This document shows positions 51,480 to 64,000 of a DNA stretch of 64,000 nt, piece after piece. Each line of letters begins with the position of its first letter. Position 1 is the first letter of the stretch. Source of the DNA: Cycas panzhihuaensis (taxonomy: Eukaryota > Plantae > Cycadophyta); contig CM041465.1 in NCBI GenBank assembly GCA_023213395.1, forward strand, positions 251,293,741 to 251,357,740, in the 5' to 3' direction. A program made the position numbers and the translations under genes. Below the pieces are notes generated by a model. The model had not been told where the DNA came from. It did not search any database and saw only the letters and a program-made list of their open reading frames with translations.

Positions 51480-54400
51480 GCTTCTCATGTGACTCATGAC
51501 AAGCCAATTTTGAGCCCACCAATTGCAGTTGCACCCTCCTCAAGTAAAGACAAGCTCGTATCAATGGAGGTGACAGGTCAAGATAATGCGATGCACTGTG
51601 CAACACCTAGTAGGCAATGACAACAAAGATCTAGTGATACTAAGCAAGAAGATAATGAGAACCCACCAAAGCATTCCTCAAACAAAAGGTTGAGGTTGCA
51701 CGCGAACTATATAGCCAAGCAAGCAAAGGGCATCTCTGACAAGCCAGCACCAACATACAGACTATCAAACCACTCAGAGCAGTAAAGACCTCCATCCCCA
51801 GGATAGCAAAGTGCATTAGCATAGAGCAACACTTCCAAAGAAATTTGTTGACAAGAGGCATACCATGGTCAGCCATGACCCTATGTGAATCAAGTCCAAA
51901 GACTTGGAGCAGAAACCTCGCAAATGTTGCACAACCCCATGCAACATCACCTAAGAATGAGGTAATGGATCAGCCGGCCCACTATGGGTTGATCCAAAAC
52001 TCTTGGGTCGGCAAAAATGGGTTGGCTTGTCCTGATCCAATGAACAACTCACTTAACACTAGCTACAAGCACAAACGAAGGGAGTCCAACCACAGCATAA
52101 TAATGCCAAGGTAACATAACTCCATACCAAGTGGGGGACATCAAAGACAAACAACCGATCCTCACAGTCAAGGATGAGAATCAATGTGGCTTGCATGTGA
52201 GTAGAGCAGCCCCATACGAAGTCACAAGCTCCACTACCATAGTGCACCACCTCAGAGAAACTCATGAGACCACACTAATAGCACAACTTGCACAACCTTC
52301 GAGAGTAATAGGACTTTGCACTAATAAACATCTCCATCCCAAATGATTGATTCAATTGAAATGGGCAACTGGGCCAACCAAATCAAGTCTGCCTATTCAC
52401 ATCATGACAAATTGGACGACCACCAATCGTCAGAATCAACACTCTCTACAAAGTGATAAACATACTTTATGGACATGGGTCAACCCAACCTTGGCCCATT
52501 TGCACTTCATCAACATGGACATAACACAACATACAACAATCAACCATCCAAGAAGAATCTATTCTACAAGACATGAGTGAATATATACCCAACAATGAAC
52601 CATATGCATACCACAGATAGAAGAAATATCAGAACACCTCACATCGTCATGATCTATATTTGTCCTCTGGTAATAACTTGGTTGTGCATTAGCTCTACTC
52701 TTGAATTGGCCAGGGCATCAACTTGATTATTGTACCTTTTCAAGATATGGTACAAATCAATGCTTGGAAATTTCTCAACTAACCTCATTGCCTCATTGTA
52801 ATGTGACAAAAGGTGCAAACTTTCAGGCTCTCATCTTTTTGCTAACAACTTCAATGATCACCTTAGAGTTGCCCATAACTACCAACTGTTCCAGGTTCGA
52901 CTTGGAGGCAATCTCCAGAGCTCTAACCAAAGCCATAAATTCTGCTTCATTATTAGTTGTAGCCAGCACCTTCTGCATACTCAATCAACACTTTCCCCTC
53001 ATCATTACAAATGACTCCACTAGATCTTGCATGACCTGGATTATTCTTAGATGCACTGTCAAAGAAAAGGTGGTGATGATTGCTTTTTTAGACCAGGCAT
53101 TGTTCATTGTTCTAATTATTCTTCCCCTCAACTTCTTCAACTATTTGTAGGAGGTTCATCACTATAAGCTCTTCATTGGTCGACACCTCCGTCTTCTTGA
53201 TAGATAAGTTGTGGGTAGCAACAACCTCCCTCATAATCTTGACAGAGTGCTGCCAATACACGTTGGTTAACCTCTTCTTCTTAGAGAAAACAGACTTGTT
53301 CCAAGCTAGCCAAATGCACCAACAGATCACTTGAGGCAAAAGGAACCACACTTTTCGGAGCATAGAGCACCTAAGAAATGGGCACTTGCTAGCCCATTTG
53401 TGGGCAAATAGGTCCGTGGTCTAGATCTCAGAGAATTGAATGAGAAAGGCGTTCATGTTCCTCCATCCTATGTTCCATATAACCTATGCATAGGAGCATT
53501 TCACAAAGGGATGGTCCCTGCTTTCTGACTCCACTGTACAGAGTGTGCACCTGGAGGGCCCCATAAATCACCTTTTACACAGATTTTTAGAGGTTAGAAT
53601 TGCTTTATGTAAGATGAGACAAACAAAGCAATCAACTTTAGGAAGCACTGAGAGGGTCCAAAATTGGTTCCAATTCATGGAGGTGGGAGAGGGCAGGTGT
53701 AGGGTCAATGATCTAAATGCTTCATTTATGGAGAAAACTTCACACTTAGAGAACATTCCCCACATGATCTCGTCCTCACCATCGCTTACTCTGATTTTGC
53801 GATTGGCTGCTAACTACTTGAATTGCTCATATTTAGGGTGTAGGGCATAAGGGAGATCCAAAAAATCACCAACCTCCTTGATGACCCAAAAATTGTCTTT
53901 GAGGCAGTCTTTCTTGAAATACTTAGACACCTTATCAGTCTTATGGGAAGTGAACCATAGGTTTAGCCCCGCAACATATGAGTTGTAGGCTAACGGAGGG
54001 AATCTATGAATTGGATCCATTCACATATAGGATTTTGTCCCATTATTGATTTTCCACGACGTTCTAGATTGGATCAATTCTAGACTTGCACACATCTTCT
54101 TCCAGATCGGGGATCCAGCTTTGCTTAACCTAAAGTATGGATTCAGGAAAGTTAGGCCCATTCCATGGATTCAGGAAAGCTAGGCTGATTCCCCCAAAGT
54201 ACTTAAACGTTAAAATTTTAACAACCAGGGAAGTTGGCTCAGAAACCATCCTCCATACTATTTTTGCTCCCAGGAGCCAAGCCACCCATGTCACAGGCTG
54301 GAGCCCTAGACCACCCATATCCTTAGGTTTACATACCACTTCCCACTTAACTAGATGGAACTTTTTGCATTTGGGATCACAAGCTCCTTTCCAAACGAAG

Positions 54401-57400
54401 TCTTTAATCTACTTCTCCAATTGGTTCATTATATGGGTAGGCACATGGCAGAGAACCAATAGATACATTGGGATGGATCCTAATATTGCCCTACCTAGGA
54501 CAACTCTTCCTGTGAGAGATAGCCATCTATAGGACCAAGACTTCATCCTTGCATTGATGTGATCTACAATGTCTTTCCACTGGGCCACCCCTTGTCGTTT
54601 GTGACCAATTAGAATACCAAGGTAGGTGAAAAATTGTTTGCCTTCAACCAACTAGAATTCTAGATGGGAGTTGATTTTGCGAGAAAGGCTAGGGGGGCAG
54701 TTAAAGGTCATTACTTTCTATTTCTTGGTATTGATCTTGGCTCCAGACGCTCAATAGGACACCGAAATTCTGCTAATTGGTTTTGCTTCACTAATGAAGG
54801 CATCTCCAAAGAGTAAAGCATCGTCAATAAACTAAGAATGGGTGATGTAATCCACACATGAAGCCATCGTAACCTTATGCAAGGATCCATTCCTTTGCTC
54901 TTCAGAAAGAGATCTATTGAGAGCCTCAACCATAATTACAAAAAGGGTAGAAGATAAGGGGCAACCTTGTCTTATACCTCTAGACACTTTGAAGAAATTT
55001 GTCGGGATGCCATTGATGAGGATCACAAATGAAGCAATACTAATACACGCCCTGACCCACTTAATCTAGATCTTATCGGATGCCATTTTGTGTATAACCC
55101 TAATAAGAAAATCCCAATTGAGTCTATTGTACTCATTCATAAAGTTGAGATTAAGAATCATCGTTTTCCTTTTAGAAGTGACCACGAGTGGATGAACTCT
55201 TGTGCAATGATCACCTAGTTTGTAATCAACCTCCCTTTCACTCCTTCACTTTGTTCAACTGAGATCAGTGAAGGCATGATTTCCTGGAGATTGGAAACCG
55301 TGACTTTTGTGATAATTTTGTACAAAAAATTACACAACAAGATGGGTCTGAATTTGTTGATAGTGGCAGCGCCCTTATCCTTTGGGATGAGAGTAAGCAG
55401 GGTGGAGGTTAAGACTTTGAGCATCTACCTTGATTTTCTTGATTCCTCTACGATCTAGAGAAGATTGTCCTTAATGATCTACTAGGTAGTCTGGTAGAAG
55501 TTTGCCTGAAGCCCATCGAGCCCAAGAGATTTGTTGGGTTGTAATGCAAAGACAACCTTCCTCACTTCATCCAAGGACACAACCTTGGTAAGATTAGAGT
55601 TTATCTTTTTGGTAACCAATTTGGGGATGGCCTTGATCATCTCAAGTTAGGCATAATCTCTGTCTATTTGGTTTTTAGAGAATAAAGTCGCAAAATGGTT
55701 TTTGGCTATGATCTCAATTTCTTCCTGGGTTCTGGAAATTTGGCCCAAATCAATCTTTAGTTCACCTATGTGCTTCTCCATTTGATGGGCAATGATGACT
55801 TTATGGAAGAATCGGGAGTTGGTGTCCCCTGGCTTGACCCACAACATTTGAGATCTTAGTCTTGCAAGGGCATCTTGGTCCTTCTCCATGGATTCCAGTT
55901 TATCAAGTAGGACTTCTTCCTCCCTCTTAATTTCAAGAGAATCGCTACCAATACTAATCTTCTTGTTAAGATTGTTAATCTTCCTTTTTATCTCATGGTA
56001 CTCTGAGTTGGAGTGATTCATCACTCGCCGTTGCCATAACTTGAGATTGCTCTTAGTCTGTTTCAACTTTGAATGGAAGATAAACATTTTCTGACCCAAG
56101 TATTGAGCTTCTGCCCACCACTTCTCAATTAACGACATGAACTCAAGATGTTTCATTAAAATTGGATTGAACTTGAAGGGGTTTTTCTTTCGAGTGTGCA
56201 CACCTGAAATCTTTAAGAGTATGGGAGTGTGATCCAATCTTCTCCTTGGGAGAATAGTGGATTCAACTTTAATAACATCCAATAGAGACAAGAAAATAAA
56301 AAACTTGTCCAACCTTTCTAAGATCCATGAAGCACCCACTCTTTTGTTGGACCATGTGAACATACCATTCGCAGGCTCAACATCAGTCAACCTCCTATTT
56401 GCCATAAGATTCTAGACCATCTCAACTTGTTTGCTTAAGTAGAATTGGCTTCCTTACTTCTCAACTAGGTGCAACACCACGTTCAAGTTGCCTCTAATGA
56501 TCCAATTTTGGGCATTGTTGTCGTTACCATCCCTCCATACATTTACCCAACACTCTTGTCCTAACTAGAAGTAGTTAGGACCATAAACATTGGCGAAATC
56601 CACTACCATGTTGTCATTTGCTACCTGGAGCTTGGTCCTTACGCAGTCTCTTCCTTTAGAAGTTTCTAGTAACCTGAAGGTTTTATTGCTCCATAATGTG
56701 ACTAGTCATCTAGACTGGCCTCTCCCGTTGATGCATGCACAAGAGCACAAACTGCCAATCCATTTGTGGTGCCATCCTTCTTCTTCAGCTTCAGTCATTT
56801 TAGTTTCCTAGAGAAAGAGAATATTAGGGTTTCAGTCCCTAATGCGGCCTTTTAGGGTTCTCTTAGATAGGGTCAAACCCAACCCCTTAATATTCCATGA
56901 GACTATGTTCATTTTTGCCTAGACAGAGAAGGACCCTTTTTGGCTTTAGTCCTACCTTTAGACATCAAGGGGTTTTCAATCGAATAGAAGTTGTTGGTTT
57001 GCCTTCCATGCTGGTTCTCACAAGCTCGTTTTCCATGCAAAAATTGAGTCATCTAGGCTTGAGATCCATTGGCAACTTCCTTGTTGGTAGTGATATTGGG
57101 GAACTCAATGTTGGATTTTCTTCCCCTTTTCCCTATCTTAGTACAGTCCATTTTTCCATCGCTCTCCCTTCCCTAGCCTCATCTATAGCCTCTTCCATCC
57201 TTCTTGGGCCTTTGTCCTTAGTATCAACTTCAAGGTTTTGTGTTTCGAACACAACATCGACTTCTTTAGTATTGCTTATGCCAATCGCTCCTTTGTTGCT
57301 CACAAAAGGGGAGATTGCTCCAACCATAGGGAAAGTGGGTCCACCAACGTCACCATTCGACCTTTACTACTTTTAAGTACGTACCACACCGTCATTGTGC

Positions 57401-58500
57401 TACATCCTGGATTGTTTCCTTTTAAAGAAATCTTCAATCTTTGTATTGTTGATGTCGTTTAAAGCCTAGAACCTATTTCCTTGGTCCCTCCTCGAAGGAG
57501 AAGGGCCCCTACATTTGGACCTGGTGCACCTTTTAACTTGCACGCAAATAAATCCAATATCCTGTTTCAAACTTGGGTCTGGGCAAGGCTCACTCTTTTG
57601 CAGAGAGCAATCACGATCGAAGTGACCGTGCTGTTGACAAACCCCACATTTGAAGGGGATTTGTTCGTAGTCTATATCTTGCATCCACATTTGGTTTTCT
57701 AATATTAACTCCATTTTTTCTGGAGGACCCTTAGTGACATCTATCTCAACACAGATCTTGGCAAATGAGGTCACCTTCTGAGTTGTCGTTGCATCAACTA
57801 CCTTAAGGAACTTCCCCAAAGAGGATCCCACAATCTCAAAGGCTTTCTTGCTCCAAAACTGCAAAGGGAAGAAAGGAAGCTTCACCCATATTGGTATAGC
57901 CTTGCAAATCTCCTAGCATGGGTTGAAAGTTCTCCCCCAAAATTTTATGAACATCCTGCTTCTAGCCATGAACCATGGTCCCTTATCGAAAATCACATCC
58001 CTATCTATGGTCTCGTTGAAGATTACCACAAAGAACCCTCGACCTACAGAAAACACAATAGTTTCTTGAGAGATAAGGGGTACCCAATTTGTTTAGATCC
58101 AAGAGGCCATCCCTTTAGGAGAATGCTATAGATTATAAAAACGACACACCAAACCGCACTAGTCTAGAGATCCAAATTCTCTTGCATGGTGGCTTGCATC
58201 AAGCATAGCCTTAGGTATGGACTCTTTGCATTTCATGCAAGAACCCCTATTGGGGCACAACCTAGCTTCATCCCACTTCAGGGGAGCAACATCCTGAGGG
58301 CACTCCTAAAGCAAGGTTGCCATATCCAAATTAGCTTGGGTAGACTATCGGGACACTTCCATTATACCACATAGGAAGAGTTGAATGTAGGTTTTGCCAT
58401 GCTCTTAGAACCTTAGTGGCAAGGACTGGATGACAAAAGACCAGAGTCAAGGAACTAGACGAGGGATGATGCAAGCGCCTTGTCTAGATCAGAGTCTCAG
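51480..58500 (-). mobile_element. Second L1-clade LINE with RNase H, more degenerate; boundaries approximate
   Basis: ORF1 ~56910-58400 (FAKICVEIDV, CGVCQQHGHFDRDC). ORF2 ~52650-56905 (SWNIKG, FTWSN, RLD, RPILLCN, GIRQGCPLS, FDSASKNNPG...TNNEAE). No TSD or A-tail found. Confidence 0.85.
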
Positions 58501-58549
58501 AACAACCAACTTGCAATTTCGTAATAAAGGAAGCATGCTCTTTTATTCT

Positions 58550-61430
58550 TTTTCATGATTTACTATATGAAAAACATTACAACAATTTATTTCATGCTTC
58601 ATCCATATAATATTCCACAATTTCTTTCTAACTCATAAACTAACTGTTTATAAATATTCAGGACTATTGACAACCACTCAACATATTGGTGGCCTGAAAT
58701 CATGAGATAACAAATTTGTCTTGTGTCCTCTTTCTCCTTGATGTTAGTTACACATTAGATCATATTATAACATATGCAACATTCTCAAACATAACACAAG
58801 CAACCAATCGACATTCACAAAGGTTACACAAGATCTTCCTCATAAACTCTTTATTCCATTAATCAATATTGAATACACTTGCTAGATCATTACATCAAGT
58901 GCTTTGTCCATCTCTCATCATTGAATCGACAAAAGAAATGACCTACTTATAGCCTTTTACATAGCCAATCAACCAAAAGGTGTAACTTTACAACATAGAT
59001 TTTGCCTTTTTGTAACATACAACCCCAATTAATGATAACAAGGTGTCTTTTTGTATGTTTGTATAGTCATACATTTCACTTACAGAAGCTACGATGCATA
59101 ACTATTTCCTATAAACTGTTCGTTGTTCCAGAACCAATCTACAGTACAAAGAGAATCATTCCCTAAGAGTTGTTTCTATAACTTGCAACTGTCCCAACTG
59201 TTCAACATTGTAATTTCACTAGATTTGCATTGATTCATCTACCAAAATTGTTCCTGGAATCATCCCTAACCATTCCTAAGCATCCTCATGTCAATTTCTC
59301 TACACACATCTATCCGAGGGTTCAAAAAATGCTTTGAGCATCCTTGCTCAATGTCGCCAAAATTCCCTTATATTGTTTCGTTAAAATTTTTGTGTTTAGC
59401 GGTGGGTCACCTTCCCTCACTTCTTCTCTTGAATTACTCCTATAGCTCACTAAGTTGTACATCCTTTGTCAATGCTTCCTCCATTGTTTTCTCATCAATT
59501 TTCATAAAGTTTTCCATCTCTTGCATTTTATACTTCAATTCTTTTCCCAACTTTTTGATTTGTTGTTGGTGTTGCCTTTGGTCCACCAAAAGCTCGTTTG
59601 ACCATGCTTTCATCTGTTGGATTTTATTAGTTGTGCTTCCCTCTCATTGGGAAATTTCCTCACCACGTTGTCTTAGTTATGGTGGTGGGATTGTCTCTTT
59701 AACCAACTTTGTTTCTGACTCAGACTAGACCACTTGTCATGTTTGCTTCTTGGCTTTCTTCTTTAGGTGACAAGGATGAGTCAGGTGTACTTCTTGAAAC
59801 TAGTTGATAACTCTCCTCATTGTTGCATGAATCAACTGTTTAATCTCATTGGAATGGGTATCTATGGAATGCTCTTATGAAGTACTATACTAAGGCCCAT
59901 CCCTCCTCAATCTCTGCTTGGGGTGGCCGTGTTGTAGGTATTTAGGCAAACAATAGCCCTAATAGCAAGGAAGGATGTTTGAACACAATTTTTGGCTCCT
60001 TTATTTCTTGTAATTCTTTATGGAGTGATTGTGCCAAGTATTCACTCCAATTCAGTGGCATTCCCTGTTGCACCTCCTAAAATGTGATCAGAATCCCTGT
60101 AGGGCAATAGGTGAATTTTTTCTTCCTTAAGAATTGTGTAACAAAAATCTTGGCTAACCATCTCAATTTTGGATCTAAAATGTTTTCGATTTCCATGCCT
60201 CTGGTGTATGTGCATGCACTAGGTCTGCATAGTGCATGAACGACTAACTCTTTGTCCACCTCACTCTATTTATTCGCCACTGGCAATCTCCCATCGACAA
60301 ACTCCACAATAGTTTTCATCATTGTGTTATCCCAATAGAGTGGTGACAACAACACATATCTTCTCCAACCAACCCTAATGATGGCTACTTTGAATTCATC
60401 AGTCATCCATGAAAGTTCATCCTCGAAATGTGACAAGTAGGGTTCTAGTAGTCCAATCATCATTTTGCAAAATTCACATTTCTTGCAAGAATGCTTAGCA
60501 ATGTGTTGGAATGCTAGTGAAATGCTTGTTGGAATGTTCACTGTGGATGCCATCCCCTAAATCATTCCTATGAATTCTCAACCATTCAAACACTTACTAT
60601 GATAGGGTTTTGCTTAAAAATTTCTCAAATTTGGTTCAAATCTCGTTGGGACACTTCTAACATTGTACTTGGAATGCTTATCGCCTTAGGAATGCTTGAA
60701 AAAATGAAAAATTTGGGTGGAAAATGATTTATAGCCTGGAAATTTTGATTTTTTTGGTCAAACTATTCCTTAAGCCATTCCTCGATGGAATGCTTCTACA
60801 TAATCATATGAGCCATTTTGTGGAACACTTCTAGGATGCTTTTGGGATGCTTTAGAGAAAGTAAATTTCATTTGAATTTTTGCTCTCATGCTCTTGTTTA
60901 GGGATTTTGTAGGGGTTTGTGGGTTTTTTCCCCCCTTCAATGTTATTAAGTGACTAATGTCGAGTTATGGATTATTTTTTCTATTTTTTGATTTTTTTTT
61001 GTATTTTTGTTTTTACATATCAAGATAGAACTAATTCCTTAATACCAAGACAACCTCGGTTGTTCTCAATTTGAAGCAACATGTTTATGGTACAATAAGT
61101 TGATTCCTTTAGTAATTTTCCTTTGACCCTAACGATGGTAGGGTTTCAATCTACTACCATTTACCATTTTGGGCAGTCATGGTGTATCTGATTACCTCAA
61201 TTGAATTGAGCCATTCTCAAATATTCATTGGATAACGTATGGACCTAATAAGCACATTTTCTACCTTCCCAAGGTGGAGCCATTATCAAATATTCACTGG
61301 ATAACATATGGACCTAATAAGCACATTTCTAACTTACAAGGGCGGGTCCTAAGTTTACCATCATATAGTAATACTCCATTGCTTTCCTTGAATTGTGTTG
61401 AGTGTAGGTGGCAGTCATGCCATGCTTTTT
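58550..61430 (-). mobile_element. Tat/Athila-like Gypsy remnant: integrase C-terminus plus extra ORF
   Basis: Minus-strand LGPYVI..IFENGSIQL...VNGSRLKPYH at ~61135-61255, followed by a long interrupted ORF starting at 60553. Confidence 0.7.
59100..60553 (-). pseudogene. Second extra ORF, a distant homologue of 48269-50054
   Basis: 60266-60553 and 60077-60259 are in frame and continue EVQQGMPLNWSEYLAQSLHKEL, with a K/E/Q-rich region near 59.3-59.7 kb. The 3' end is approximate. Confidence 0.65.
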
Positions 61431-64000
61431 TGTAGCGGAAGCTTTTAACTTTATTCAGAAATAACACAAAGATTCACAGATATTGGTCTAATATAGATTT
61501 GAACAGATCTCTTTCAATCTCAAATAATAATGAATATTGGAAATTCACCATAAAACACCGAAATAAAGTAATGGAAATAGTACAAATAAAGGTAAATATA
61601 TTGTGCAAAATAATACTGGGAAGTACCAAAAATGTATAACAAAATATCCTTCTTGAGCGATCGCCTTCGAGGTGGGAATCTTCCAAATATTTCAGGCCAA
61701 AAGGCCAAGCCAACTGCAGCCCTAGAGCCAAAAATGTAGAAGAGATCCAACCGAAGTGACGATCCAAAATGAGGGCTTTGCTCCCTATTTATAATGGTCG
61801 ATTATTATCTTGTTTGAAGTCGGCCAGAATTAGGACAGTTCACTGGGAGTGAAATATTAAAGAAGTTGGCCAAAAAATTGGTTTACTGGTCGGCTAATAT
61901 TCCTGCGCTCATTTCTGGGGTTTAAGTCAGTTGATAGGCCCCTAAAGAGAGGGTTTTCGTGGAACGCAACAAGTCCACCCTCCTGAAAACAATGCTTTCC
62001 CCTTAAAGCATTAGTAGCTTTGGAAATTGTTGTATCCATTCATCTGACTCCCGTGTCATGTCTTCTATATCCAGTGTCTGCCATTTTATGAGGTACTCTT
62101 TGATTTGTCTTGTTCGAAGTTGCCTGGTGCGAATTTGGAGTATCCCTTCTGGTTCTAGTATAATTTTTCCTTCCTCATTGAGTTCTAGCAAAGATGTTTG
62201 TGGTACTATTTTTTTGCCAATCTTTTTCTTCAGGCATGAAACATGAAAGGTATCATGGATCTTGCTTGTTGTTGGTAAATTAAGTTTGTAGGCTACTTCC
62301 CCGATTCTGTCAAGTATTTGATATGGTCCAAAATATCGGGGAGCAAGCTTTTATGTATTCTTCTTGTTCAATGACATTTGTTTGTATGGTTGTAACCGGA
62401 GAAAAACCCAATCATCTTTCTAGAAGCTCCTTTCGTTTCTGTCTGCTTTGCTTCATTACATTCCTTGCCATTGCCAAATTGTCCTTAAGAATTCTAATCG
62501 TGTCTTCCATTTGCTTTTGGTGTTCTTGGACAGTTTGAACCTGGGATGATCCATTCCATGTCAATAGAGATGGCGTCTGGTATCCGTAAAGAGCCTGGAA
62601 TGGCGTCATCTTGGTGGAACAACGGTATGTTGTATTATACCACCACTCAACTAGGTGCAGCCACTTGTGCCACTGATTTTGTTTATTTGAGCAGAAATTC
62701 CTCAAATAACCTTCTAGACATTTGTTGACTATCTCTGTCTGTCCATCGGTTTGGGGATGATACGCTGTGCTCATGTGTAATTTTGTACCTACAATTCTAA
62801 ATAAATCCTTCCAAAATTTACTGGTGAACTTTCGATCCCTATCGCTAACAATAGTTTTAGGAAATCCATGTAGTCTATGGATTTCTTTCATGTATAGTTC
62901 TGCTAGGTCACTTGCCTTCGATGTTGATTGTAGCCCTCGAAAATGGCTATACTTTGTTAATCTTTCGATTGTGACAAAGATTGCATCTTTACCTTCTAAT
63001 TTTGGGAGACCTGTAATAAAATCCATTGAAATTTCTTCCCATTTTTGGTTGGGAATTGGTAGGGGTTGTAGGAGACCTGGGGTCTTTACACATTCTACCT
63101 TATTTCGTTGACAAGTGTCACATTCTGTCATGAATTTTTGAACGTCTGATTTCAAGCCCTTCCAAAAGTACGATGCTTTTATCTTTCGATATGTCTTGTC
63201 TATACTGGTGTGGCACATACGGGACCGAATGTGCTTCTTGCAGTATAATTTCCTTTAATTTAGAATTTTTTGGAATGCAGATTTTGCCGTTCCTAAGAAT
63301 CAGATCGCCCTTTTGTTGGTCTTTATCTGAATTGCTTCCCTTGATGTTATCTAGGAGTTTTTGGTATCTTGGATCTGCTATATATTCAGTTCTAATGGAT
63401 TTTAACCATGAGGGCATAATTGTTGATATCAACTGTAATGAAGGGCCTTCTTTCGCTTCATCTGGGATTCGTGATAATGTGTCTGCTATAATATTCTCTT
63501 TGCCTTTCTTGCATACTATTGTGAAATCAAAATTTTGCAACTTACTGACCCATTTTTGTTGCTCATCGGACAATGTCTTCTGTCTGAGGAAGTATTTCGG
63601 ACTATCATGATCCATGCGCACTTGAAAGGAATTTCCCAATAGATATTGTCTACATTGCTGGATGGCGTGCATGATAGCGAGCATCTCCTTATCATAGATG
63701 GGTTTGATTTTTTCTCTATTATTTAACTTCCGACTCTCATAAGCTATTGGTCTTTCATCTTGGAGTAAGACTGCTCCTATTCTGAATCCTGATGCATCAC
63801 ACTCCAATACGAATGGTTTTGAAAAATCAGGTGTTGTTAAGACTGGAGCTGTTATCATGGCCTTCTTAAGATTACCAAAAGCTTCTTTTGTTTTCAGGTT
63901 CCAAGCAAATGCATCTTTCTTTGTTAAATCCGTGAGGGGTGATGCTAGGTGTGCATAACCCTTTATAAACTTCCTAACAAATCCTGTTGTCCCCAAGAAT
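61431..64000 (-). mobile_element. Young Ty3/Gypsy chromovirus, 3' portion (RT/RNase H, integrase, chromodomain, PPT, 3' LTR 61431-61971), truncated by the window edge
   Basis: Long open pieces with ECDASG, WEEISMDFITGLP, HPQTDGQTE and EYLIKW. LTR bounded by TGTAGCG...CGCAACA. CpGs retained. Frameshifts near 63218 and 62420. Confidence 0.95.

Noticed and set aside
56897-59728. Long + strand ORFs of 159 aa and 146 aa
   Set aside because: Antisense shadows of LINE ORF1 and of the extra ORF.
61208-61331. ~54-bp direct repeat as a possible LTR pair or TRIM
   Set aside because: It is a local duplication of integrase GPY coding sequence, with no TG..CA ends, PBS or PPT.

Overview
AT-rich, CpG/CHG-depleted plant nuclear DNA made almost entirely of nested retrotransposons. 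A large, heavily methylated genome such as a gymnosperm is likely, but this is inference only. No intact host protein-coding gene, RNA gene or CRISPR array is supportable. Resolved elements: a Copia 3' end (1-525); two short-LTR non-autonomous elements (1316-4541; 5668-15876, TSD TTATG), the second holding a full-length RNase H-bearing L1 LINE (7584-13881, 14-bp palindromic TSD); a + strand chromovirus (~17.7-34.3 kb) interrupted by a - strand chromovirus (18204-23766, TSD AACTC) and a Tork/Tnt1-like Copia (26554-31937); a deleted Copia (38931-47869) holding a gag-only TR-GAG-like element (40437-44862, TSD TCTTT); two Tat/Athila-like remnants with homologous extra ORFs; a second L1; and a young chromovirus running off the right end. 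The only apparently non-TE ground is a CpG-retaining island at ~37.1-38.9 kb. The most unusual signals are LTRs that have absorbed copies of their own primer-binding site (two families), a 44-bp flanking duplication around a Copia, sequence-independent hairpins enclosing the PPT/LTR junction of four Copia-type elements, and a divergent extra-ORF protein family downstream of integrase.
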